From positions 40,871 to 75,011 of the forward strand of contig CAYXAP010000044.1 of the NCBI GenBank assembly GCA_964462035.1: 34,141 nucleotides of DNA, written 5' to 3'. The position numbers and the translations under genes are program-made. Below, in pieces: positions 25,067 to 32,307 of this stretch; within the stretch, counting starts at the first letter, position 1; each line of letters starts with the position of its first letter. The notes under the pieces are model-generated. The model searched no databases, had not been told where the DNA came from, and saw only the letters and a program-made list of their open reading frames with translations. The DNA is from an uncultured Sandaracinus sp. (GTDB lineage: Bacteria > Myxococcota_A > Polyangia > Polyangiales > Houyiibacteriaceae).

Positions 25067-27337
25067 CTACTCGGTGCCGCCGCGCATCCGCTCGATGCGT
25101 TCCTGGAAGTGCTGCCGCCGCTCTTCTTCCGCCTGCTGCTTCCGGTACCAGGCGAAGGCGAAGCTACCGATGATGATCGCGGCCCCCAGCACCAGCGACA
25201 CCACGAGGATGATCGCGCCCCAGTTCCGCTCGCGCGGGGCGCGCGGTGCGATCGGTCGGTCGGTCGGTCGGCTCGAGCGCCGAGCCGGCGGCTCCGAGGG
25301 CGGCTTCACGATCACCGCGGCGTCCGCGTCGAGCCGAGGCGCGCGGGGCGCCGCCGGGATCGCCTGAGCCACTGGAGCCGCGACCTGCGGGGCCGGCTGA
25401 GCCACGGGAGCCGCGACCTGCGGGGCCGGATGGGCGGGCCCCTGGATCTGCACCTGGGGCTTGGGCGCGGAGCTGTCGTCGAAGAGCACCGGACCCTTCA
25501 TCCCGACCAGCGAGTCCTTTCGCGGCCGCGGGATCGGCTGGATCCCATCGCGCGGCACCGCCTCCCGGCGACGGCGCATCTCTTCGAGATCCGCGAGCCC
25601 GACGTCGCGGGCGGGCGCTCGAGGCGCGCGCACGGCGATCTGCTCGTCGTCCGCGCCGACCTGCATCTCCAGGTCCTCGAGGCGGAGCTCCTGGGTGCCT
25701 TCCTTGCGCGGCTGCGCGGGGACGGAGGGATCGAGCTCGACCTCTTCCTCCATCTCCTCGACCTCGAGGTCGTCGAGGCGAAGCTCCTGGGTGCCCTCCT
25801 TGGCCGGCTTCGCCGGGACACTCGGGTCGAGCGGGACCTCGTCGTCTTCGTCGTCGGCGACTTCGAGCTCGTCGAAGGCCAGCTCCTGCGTGCCGTCCTT
25901 GGCGGGCTGCACCGGGACGCTCGGATCGAGCGGGATCTCTTCCTCGGACGAGTCGATGCGCTGGATGCCGAGCGCCGCGCGCACCAGCCGAGGATCGATG
26001 GAATCCGGTTCCTGCGAGGGCGGTCCGTCCTGCCCTTCTTCGTCCTGATGACCCGCGCTCGCGGTGCGATCGAGGGCCGCGCGCACCAGTCGCGGGTCGA
26101 GGCCGGCGGTCTTCATCCGCTGCTCGAGCTCTTCCTTCGCGCGCTTCTTCGAGAGCGGCGTGAGCTTGGCGGTCTCGGCCACCTTTTCGGGCTTCATCGT
26201 GTCGATGGGGAAGCGCTTGGTGCCGGCCTCGTCCGAGATCACCGGCGGCGGCGGTAGCCCGTCGTCCGCGTCGACCGTCTTGCTGCGCGGGCCGTTCGGT
26301 GCGGTCTTCGCGTCGAGGATGCCGGCCGCGTCCGAGTCACTCATCGCCTGCATCTGGTGGGTGTCGCCGTCGAGCACGGCGTCCGGCTGGGTCGCGCTCG
26401 GCGGAAGGGACGCGGGCGGCTCGGACGAGGGGCGCTTCGCCATCGGTCGGACGGATCCGGCGCGAGGCACGCTCAGTCGCTTCGGCGCGCGGAAGGTCCC
26501 CGGGTCGAGCTCGGGCACCGCCAGCCCGCTCGCCTTCGCGAGCGCGTCGACCAGCGGATCGAGCGACTTGGCGCGCAGGCCCGGGTCCGGGTGGATCAGC
26601 GCACGGACCTCTTCGCCGACCGGGGTCGGCGGCAACTCGCCCGCTTCGCCAGGCTCCGGCGGAGTCTTCAGGGTCATCGCCTCGTAGACGATGGCGCCGA
26701 CGCCGTAGCGGTCGGCCGCGTCCGACGCGATCCCGCGGAGCACCTCGGGCGCCATCCGACGACGCAGCCCCGAGTCCTTCTGCAAGAGCGCGGCGACCGC
26801 GCCCACGGGGAGGGCGGGCACCACGAAGGCGCCCAGCAACCAGAGCCGGTGCGGGTCGACCCAGACGTGGTCCGCGCGCACGTCGCCGTGACGCAGCGGT
26901 GGCGGCACGGCCGCGAGCGCGGTCTCCAGGTGGCTGACCAGCGGGAGGAGCTCGGACTCGGTCATCGGCTCTCCGCTCGCGATGCGCGCATCCAGCACGT
27001 CACGGAGCGAAGCCCCCTCCGGAATCGGTTCGACGGCGAAGACGTACTCGCCGTCTTTGTCGACATCGAGCAGCCCGGGCAGGAAACGCCCGCCCGTGCC
27101 CGACGCCTTGCGCAACGCGCGATAGGTCTCGGCGCGCCCCGTCGCGTCCAGCAGCTCCGGCCGGACGATCCGCAACACGACGCGGTCCTCGGACTCCTGG
27201 TCGAAGGCCAGCATGCCGAGGCTGAAGACGTCGTTGCGTAGCTGAGCGCGGATCTCGTAGCGCTCGGCGATCACCTGACCGCGCAGCGGCGTCGGCGTTC
27301 GCGTCGGCGAGCCCGTCACCATCGTGCGCTCGGTCAT
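25067..27337 (-). CDS. Ser/Thr-kinase-like pseudokinase with a long Pro/acidic repeat-containing linker and a single C-terminal transmembrane helix
   Basis: The N-terminal kinase-like domain reads [21 protein letters not shown]...[10 protein letters not shown]...[27 protein letters not shown]...RMAPEVL. The G-loop is degenerate and there is no VAIK Lys. HRD becomes HGD and DFG becomes GAF; APE is kept. It ends in the TM helix [26 protein letters not shown] plus a 26-aa tail. The ATG overlaps the dut stop (ATGA). Confidence 0.65.
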   Translation of the reverse strand: MTERTMVTGSPTRTPTPLRGQVIAERYEIRAQLRNDVFSLGMLAFDQESEDRVVLRIVRPELLDATGRAETYRALRKASGTGGRFLPGLLDVDKDGEYVFAVEPIPEGASLRDVLDARIASGEPMTESELLPLVSHLETALAAVPPPLRHGDVRADHVWVDPHRLWLLGAFVVPALPVGAVAALLQKDSGLRRRMAPEVLRGIASDAADRYGVGAIVYEAMTLKTPPEPGEAGELPPTPVGEEVRALIHPDPGLRAKSLDPLVDALAKASGLAVPELDPGTFRAPKRLSVPRAGSVRPMAKRPSSEPPASLPPSATQPDAVLDGDTHQMQAMSDSDAAGILDAKTAPNGPRSKTVDADDGLPPPPVISDEAGTKRFPIDTMKPEKVAETAKLTPLSKKRAKEELEQRMKTAGLDPRLVRAALDRTASAGHQDEEGQDGPPSQEPDSIDPRLVRAALGIQRIDSSEEEIPLDPSVPVQPAKDGTQELAFDELEVADDEDDEVPLDPSVPAKPAKEGTQELRLDDLEVEEMEEEVELDPSVPAQPRKEGTQELRLEDLEMQVGADDEQIAVRAPRAPARDVGLADLEEMRRRREAVPRDGIQPIPRPRKDSLVGMKGPVLFDDSSAPKPQVQIQGPAHPAPQVAAPVAQPAPQVAAPVAQAIPAAPRAPRLDADAAVIVKPPSEPPARRSSRPTDRPIAPRAPRERNWGAIILVVSLVLGAAIIIGSFAFAWYRKQQAEEERRQHFQERIERMRGGTE
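25650..25950. repeat. Three imperfect tandem repeats of about 96-99 bp inside the pseudokinase CDS, encoding a 33-aa unit (PLDPSVPxxPxKxGTQELRLxDLEvEE...)
   Basis: Repeated blocks gagctcctgggtgccttccttg / aagctcctgggtgccctccttg / cagctcctgcgtgccgtccttg begin at about 25685, 25781 and 25880. A 33-bp unit also occurs twice at 25364-25429 ([11 protein letters not shown] x2). A (TCGG)5 microsatellite lies at 25252-25271. Confidence 0.7.
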
Positions 27338-27771
27338 CGGTCGCCTTCCGGGCCGAAGCCTCCGGTGCTCCCGAAGCCGCCCGTACCGCGCTCGGTCGCG
27401 GGCGCCTCTTCGGTGGTCTCCTCCACGGCGACGCGCAGCACCGGCTGCACGACGAGCTGAGCGATGCGGTCGCCGCTCTCGATGCGGAAGGTCTCCGCGC
27501 CGTGATTGATCAAGATCACCTTCACTTCACCGCGGTAGTCCTCGTCGATCGTACCGGGTGCGTTCAGAACGGTCACCCCGTGGCGAGCCGCCAGCCCCGA
27601 TCTCGGTCGGACCTGACCCTCGGTCTCGCGAGGGAGGTGGATGGCGATCCCCGTCCCGACGATCGCGCGATCGCCGGGCGGGATCTCCACCGGTGCGTCG
27701 AGCGCGGCGGCCAGGTCGAGCCCGGCCGCCCCCTCGGTCGCATAGCGGGGGAGCGTGGCGTCCGGTCGCAA
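27334..27771 (-). CDS. dut: dUTP diphosphatase (dUTPase)
   Basis: ...[13 protein letters not shown]...[51 protein letters not shown]...IAQLV... contains all five dUTPase motifs. Confidence 0.9.
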   Translation of the reverse strand: MRPDATLPRYATEGAAGLDLAAALDAPVEIPPGDRAIVGTGIAIHLPRETEGQVRPRSGLAARHGVTVLNAPGTIDEDYRGEVKVILINHGAETFRIESGDRIAQLVVQPVLRVAVEETTEEAPATERGTGGFGSTGGFGPEGDR

Positions 27772-27828
27772 GCGGCGAACGCCCAGGCGCCCTCGCGGGC
27801 GCCGCTCTTCGTGCTCCCCCGACAGCTT

Positions 27829-30216
27829 TCAGGCCTCGGGCGTGGGCTCCGAACGCTCGGCGCGGGCCTCGCCGCCACCGTCACCCTCGCCCTCGGGGCG
27901 ACGACGACGACGACGACGACGACGACCTTCACCGTCGCCACCACCCTCACCATCACGGGCGGGGCGCTCGTCACGACGGCCACGGCCACCGCGATCCCGG
28001 TCACGGCCGCCACGGCCGCCACGGTCGTCACGACGGCCACGGCCACCGCGATCCCGGTCACGGCCACCGCCGCCACCGCGCCCGCCACGACCACCACGGT
28101 CACCGCGGTCGTCTTCCTTCTCTTCATAGCCTTCCGGCTTCTCGAGGAGGGGCTTGCGGGAGAGCTTGATGCGGCCCTCGCGGTCGATGTTCGAGACCAC
28201 GACGTCGACCTCGTCGCCGAGCTTCATGAGGTCCTCGACGTTGTCGACGAAGCCCCAGTCCATGTCGGTGATGTGGAGGAGGCCGTCCTTGCCGGGGGCG
28301 ATCTCGAGGAACGCGCCGTAGCGCTCGATGCGCCGGACGGTGCCCTTGTACTTGGTGCCGACCTCGGGCTCCGTGGTCAGGCCCTCGATGATGGCGATGG
28401 CCTTCTGCACGCCCTCCGGGTCGGAGCCGGCGATGGAGACCGTGCCGTCGTCGCTGACGTTGATCTGCGCGCCGGTCTGCTCGACGATCGCCTTGATCAT
28501 CTTGCCGCCCGGGCCAATCACGAGGCGAATCTGGTCCGGCTTCACCTTGATGGTGGTGATGCGCGGCGCGTACTTGGAGAGATCGTCGCGGGCCTCGCCG
28601 AGGACCTTGTTCATCTCGCCGAGGATGTGGAGCCGACCGGCGCGGGCCTGCTCGAGCGCCTCGGTCATCAGCTCGGCGGACAAGCCGTCGATCTTGATGT
28701 CCATCTGGATGGCGGTGATGCCCTTGTCGGTGCCACAGACCTTGAAGTCCATGTCGCCGAGGTGGTCCTCGTCGCCCAGGATGTCGGTGAGGACGGCGTA
28801 GTCGTCGCCCTCCTTGATGAGGCCCATGGCCACGCCCGCGACCGGCGCCTTGAGGGGCATGCCGGCGTCCATCATCGCGAGGCTGCCGCCGCAGACGGTG
28901 GCCATCGACGAGGAGCCGTTCGACTCGGTGATCTCCGAGACGATGCGGACCGTGTACGGGAAGTCCTCCTTGGAGGGCACGAGCCGCTTGAGCGCCCGCT
29001 CGGCCAGGTTGCCGTGGCCGATCTCGCGACGGCCGGGGCCGCGGAGGAACTTGGTCTCACCGACCGAGTAGGGCGGGAAGTTGTAGTGCAGGTAGAAGGG
29101 CTTCCAATACGGGTCCTTCAGACCGTCGATCTTCTGCTCGTCCATCGCGGTGCCGAGCGTCGTGGTCACGATCGCCTGGGTCTCACCGCGGGTGAAGAGC
29201 GCCGAGCCATGGACGCGCGGCAGGATGCCGGCCTCGATGGCGATCGGGCGGACCACGTCGTACGCGCGGCCGTCGACGCGCTTCTTGGTGCTGAGGGTCA
29301 GCCCGCGCATCGTGTTGTAGCGAAGGTCCTCGTAGGCGTCGCCGATGTCGCCTTCCTGGCCCTCGAACTCCTCCGCGAGCTTCGCGACGGTGTCCTTCTT
29401 GACCTGCTTGAAGGCGCCGTAGCGCTCGAACTTCGTGGCGACCGTGCAGGCCTCCTCGATGCCCTTCAGGGCGACTTCCTTCACGCGGGCGTCGATTGCC
29501 GGGTCGCGCTTCTCCGGCTCGAAGACCCACTTCTCCTTGCCGACGGCCTCCTGCATCTGGACCTGCAGCTCGAGCGCGCCCTGGACCGATTCGTGGCCGA
29601 ACATGATGGCCTCGATGAGCTCCTTCTCCGGGACCTCGTCGCCCTCACCCTCGACCATGACCACGGCGTCCTTGGAGGCCGCGATGAGCAGGTCGATGTC
29701 GCTCTCTTCGAGCTCGGTGTTGGTCGGGTTGGCGATGAGCTTGCCGTCGACGCGGCCCACGCGGACACCGGCGATCGGGCCGGCGAAGGGGATGGGCGAG
29801 ATGCCGAGGGCGGCCGAAGCGCCGGTCATGGCCAGCACGTCGGTCTCGTTCTCGCCGTCGTGGCTGAGCACGGTCGCGATGACCTGGATCTCGGCGCGGT
29901 ACCCGTCGGGGAAGAGCGGGCGGCAGGGCCGGTCGATGAGGCGCGAGGTCAGGACCTCGTGCTCGCGGAGGCGGCCCTCACGCTTGAAGAAGCCGCCGGG
30001 GATCTTGCCGGCCGCGTAGGTCTTCTCGACGTAGTCGACGGTCAGCGGCAGGAAGTGCTGGCCGGGGCGGGCGTCCTTGCTGCCACACACGGTGACGAGC
30101 ACGACGGACTCGCCGCAGGTGACGAGCACGGAGCCGCCGGCCTGCTTGGCGATCTTGCCGGTCTCGAGGGTGATCAGCTTGTCGCCGATCTTCACGGTCT
30201 CACGAATGATGGTCAT
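27829..30216 (-). CDS. pnp: Polynucleotide phosphorylase (polyribonucleotide nucleotidyltransferase) with an unusual ~100-aa Arg/Gly/Asp-rich C-terminal extension
   Basis: MTIIRETVKIGDKLITLETGKIAKQAGGSVLVTCG... The two RNase PH domains, the KH domain and the S1 domain (...GTVRRIERYGAFLEIAPGKDGLLHITDM...) are all recognisable. A purine-rich SD-like tract (gaagaagaagagagagaaaaa) precedes the ATG at 30216. The in-frame ATG at 30252 is an alternative start. Confidence 0.9.
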   Translation of the reverse strand: MTIIRETVKIGDKLITLETGKIAKQAGGSVLVTCGESVVLVTVCGSKDARPGQHFLPLTVDYVEKTYAAGKIPGGFFKREGRLREHEVLTSRLIDRPCRPLFPDGYRAEIQVIATVLSHDGENETDVLAMTGASAALGISPIPFAGPIAGVRVGRVDGKLIANPTNTELEESDIDLLIAASKDAVVMVEGEGDEVPEKELIEAIMFGHESVQGALELQVQMQEAVGKEKWVFEPEKRDPAIDARVKEVALKGIEEACTVATKFERYGAFKQVKKDTVAKLAEEFEGQEGDIGDAYEDLRYNTMRGLTLSTKKRVDGRAYDVVRPIAIEAGILPRVHGSALFTRGETQAIVTTTLGTAMDEQKIDGLKDPYWKPFYLHYNFPPYSVGETKFLRGPGRREIGHGNLAERALKRLVPSKEDFPYTVRIVSEITESNGSSSMATVCGGSLAMMDAGMPLKAPVAGVAMGLIKEGDDYAVLTDILGDEDHLGDMDFKVCGTDKGITAIQMDIKIDGLSAELMTEALEQARAGRLHILGEMNKVLGEARDDLSKYAPRITTIKVKPDQIRLVIGPGGKMIKAIVEQTGAQINVSDDGTVSIAGSDPEGVQKAIAIIEGLTTEPEVGTKYKGTVRRIERYGAFLEIAPGKDGLLHITDMDWGFVDNVEDLMKLGDEVDVVVSNIDREGRIKLSRKPLLEKPEGYEEKEDDRGDRGGRGGRGGGGGRDRDRGGRGRRDDRGGRGGRDRDRGGRGRRDERPARDGEGGGDGEGRRRRRRRRRPEGEGDGGGEARAERSEPTPEA
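27832..28140. repeat. Low-complexity repetitive DNA encoding the PNPase C-terminal tail (...DRGDRGGRGGRGGGGGRDRDRGGRGRRDDRGGRGGRDRDRGGRGRRDE...GEGRRRRRRRRRPEGEGDGGGE...). It includes an approximately 66-bp duplication.
   Basis: Direct repetition gtcacgacggccacggccaccgcgatcccggtcacggcc... is seen twice between 27960 and 28080. GGN/CGN codon runs. Confidence 0.7.
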
Positions 30217-30367
30217 TTTTTCTCTCTCTTCTTCTTCATCCAACGGGCTCACCGAAGGGGTCGGGGAGAGAGCTCGTTCCTCGGTTCCATTGCTTCACCG
30301 GCGGTGAAGCCATCGAATCGAAGAAGGAGGTCTCGTCTCGCCGCCCACGGGGTGGCCGAAAACTGAT

Positions 30368-30397
30368 GCGGCGGCGTGGCCTGAGCCACGCCGCCGC
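30368..30397 (-). terminator. Perfect 12-bp-stem hairpin (GCGGCGGCGTGG-ctcagg-CCACGCCGCCGC) immediately downstream of rpsO, followed on the minus strand by ATCAGTTTTCGG. Candidate rpsO attenuator/terminator and RNase III-type processing hairpin in the pnp leader.
   Basis: Read from the sequence. The equivalent rpsO-pnp intergenic hairpin is well known in E. coli. The T-tract is short, so termination would only be partial. Confidence 0.5.
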
Positions 30398-30403
30398 AAA
30401 GAA

Positions 30404-30673
30404 TCACTTACGAATGCCGAGCGCCTCGATGATCTTCCGGTACCGGTCGACGTCCTTGCGCCGGACGTAGTCCAGCAGACGACGGCGGCGGCTGACCAGC
30501 TTCAGCAGCCCGCGCCGGGAGGCGTGGTCCTGCTTGTGCGTCTGGAAGTGCTCCGTGAGGTAGATGATCCGCTCGGTGAGGAGCGCAATCTGAACCTCGG
30601 GAGAACCAGTGTCGCCTTCCTTGGTCTTGAAAGCCTCGATGAGCTCGAGCTTGCGGTCTTGCGTCAGTGCCAT
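30404..30673 (-). CDS. rpsO: 30S ribosomal protein S15
   Basis: [89 protein letters not shown] is 89 aa with S15 signature residues. A GGGAGG SD precedes it. Confidence 0.92.
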   Translation of the reverse strand: MALTQDRKLELIEAFKTKEGDTGSPEVQIALLTERIIYLTEHFQTHKQDHASRRGLLKLVSRRRRLLDYVRRKDVDRYRKIIEALGIRK

Positions 30674-30965
30674 CCGAACCTCCCGTGGTAGGGGGTGACT
30701 CGCGCGTCCCCCTGGTTGGCGAGGGGGAGCGTGGGTTTCCTAGTTAAAGCCGGCGGACCATGGCCGATGGCGGGCCCAGGGTCAACTCCCGGGTGTGACC
30801 GACCGCCCCACATGGTCCCCGCGCGGGCCCGGAGAGCCCCCAGGTGCCATGGGTGGCTGTATTTTGCGGCAGGTGAGACGAAAATGGCCTCTCGTGCGTC
30901 CGCGCGTCACGGTCGTTTGGCTCCCGAATGTCAGCGTCCGAGCCTGTCTCGTGACGAATCGACAA

Positions 30966-31448
30966 TCAGTCTTCGTCAGCGGCGGGTCGCAGCACGTCGA
31001 TGCGCTCGCGGACTCGATAGCCAGAGGTTCCGGTGGCGCTCGTCTCCTGGAGGACCACTCCCATGAACACGGGCTCCATGGGGCCGTCACTGCCGCTCAC
31101 CGTCATCCGCCGGTGAAGCCCCTCGTCGAGCGCGTGGTCCATGAGGGGTCGAGCGAGTGTCATGGCGCTGGGCTCGTCCTCGGGCCTCGGGATCGTCGGT
31201 GGAAGGTTCCACTCGACGACGAACATCAGCTCTCCATCGACCACCATCCAGTAGGTCGATTGAATGTCGTAGGTCTGGCCGTCGATCGCCCACTGCTGGG
31301 GCCGGGTCGCCCCCATCGCCTGGAATGGTCCGGCCGTCCCACGCGGACCTCCCCCAGCGCTGGAGCGGCTCGAGCATTGAATCGGCGCCGAACAAGGGGC
31401 ACACGTGGCGAGGCAGAGGAGAGTGAGAAGAGGGAATGAGTGAGCCAT
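30966..31448 (-). CDS. Small secreted or lipo-protein of unknown function (160 aa)
   Basis: Start at MAHSFPLLTLLCLATCAPCSA (signal peptide, several Cys). The ORF-track extension to 31556 adds 36 unsupported residues. Confidence 0.4.
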   Translation of the reverse strand: MAHSFPLLTLLCLATCAPCSAPIQCSSRSSAGGGPRGTAGPFQAMGATRPQQWAIDGQTYDIQSTYWMVVDGELMFVVEWNLPPTIPRPEDEPSAMTLARPLMDHALDEGLHRRMTVSGSDGPMEPVFMGVVLQETSATGTSGYRVRERIDVLRPAADED

Positions 31449-31608
31449 GAAGTTCGGGGAAGCAGACTCCGTTCCGTTCACTGAGACACTGCCCGCAGGG
31501 AGCTTGGACGTCCGCGCGGTGCAGGAAGCATCGGCTCGGTAGAAGGGCTGCGGCAATCTGCAGCAACGGGCCTCGCCGCTGTGGCTCCGTCAGGTCGAGG
31601 AGCGCCGA

Positions 31609-31618
31609 CTACATGTAG
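31609..31618. promoter_or_regulatory. Perfect 10-bp palindrome CTACATGTAG, 30 bp upstream of the NfeD start codon
   Basis: Read from the sequence. AT-rich relative to the genome. Lies in the divergent intergenic region. Confidence 0.25.
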
Positions 31619-31647
31619 GCACGGTCTGTGCTCTGTGGTCGGGCATC

Positions 31648-32226
31648 ATGGACACCCTCACCCTCCTCTTCGTGCTCCCGCTCGTGTTGGCGGTCGTTCT
31701 GGGTGCCGGCGCGTTGAGCGGGCTGGGTGACCTGGGCGATGGCCCGGACCTCGAGGTCGACCACGACGTCGACGGCGATGCGCACCACCCGGTGCTCGAG
31801 CTCCTCGGCGTCGGCAAGGCGCCGCTGATGGTCCTGCTCTCGGCGGGGCTGCTCGGCTTCGGCGCGACCGGCCTCGGCGTCAGCGCGATCGCCTCCGGTT
31901 GGATCGCGTTGGTCGTGGCCTCGCTGGCGGCGCCGATCGCGATGGGGCTGCTCGGCCGTCTCCTCGGTCGAACGCTCCCGACGAGCGAGAGCTACGCGGT
32001 CGATCAGGACGTTCTGATCGGTCGACTCGGCGTCGCGCGCCTTCGCGTGGAGTCGGACTTCGGCGTGGCGCAGGTGCGAGACGCCCACGGCTCGCTCCAC
32101 GAGATCCGCTGCCGCGCCGAAGCGCCGGTCGAGGCCGGCGAGACGCTCGTCGTCGTCGGCTTCGACGGCGACCGCTTCGAGGTCGCGTCGCTCGAGGACG
32201 TCGACGGTCCCTCCCACTGGGCCTGA
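31648..32226 (+). CDS. NfeD-like membrane protein (YqiJ-type, with a C-terminal OB-fold domain), partner of flotillin
   Basis: An N-terminal TM helix MDTLTLLFVLPLVLAVVLGAGAL is followed by a second hydrophobic block. The C-terminal soluble beta-rich domain (...VLIGRLGVARLRVESDFGVAQVRDAHGSLHEIRCRAE...GETLVVVGFDGDRFEV) is typical of short NfeD. It sits immediately upstream of an SPFH gene. Confidence 0.7.
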   Translation: MDTLTLLFVLPLVLAVVLGAGALSGLGDLGDGPDLEVDHDVDGDAHHPVLELLGVGKAPLMVLLSAGLLGFGATGLGVSAIASGWIALVVASLAAPIAMGLLGRLLGRTLPTSESYAVDQDVLIGRLGVARLRVESDFGVAQVRDAHGSLHEIRCRAEAPVEAGETLVVVGFDGDRFEVASLEDVDGPSHWA

Positions 32227-32307
32227 GCGCCTCGATCCCACTCACTCGACGGCGCGCGCTGGTGCGCGCCGACGGCTGCCCATTCCCTTCACCTCCTGGA
32301 GTCCCCG

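Noticed and set aside
27502-30366. 954-aa plus-strand ORF
   Set aside because: It is antisense to pnp, whose translation shows the full PNPase domain series.
30674-30965. Small ORFs (30695..31066 plus, 30744..30965 minus) in the rpsO upstream region; also looked for a tRNA here
   Set aside because: No coding bias and no tRNA-like T-arm or anticodon structure. The region is better explained as the rpsO promoter and 5' UTR plus the end of the upstream gene.
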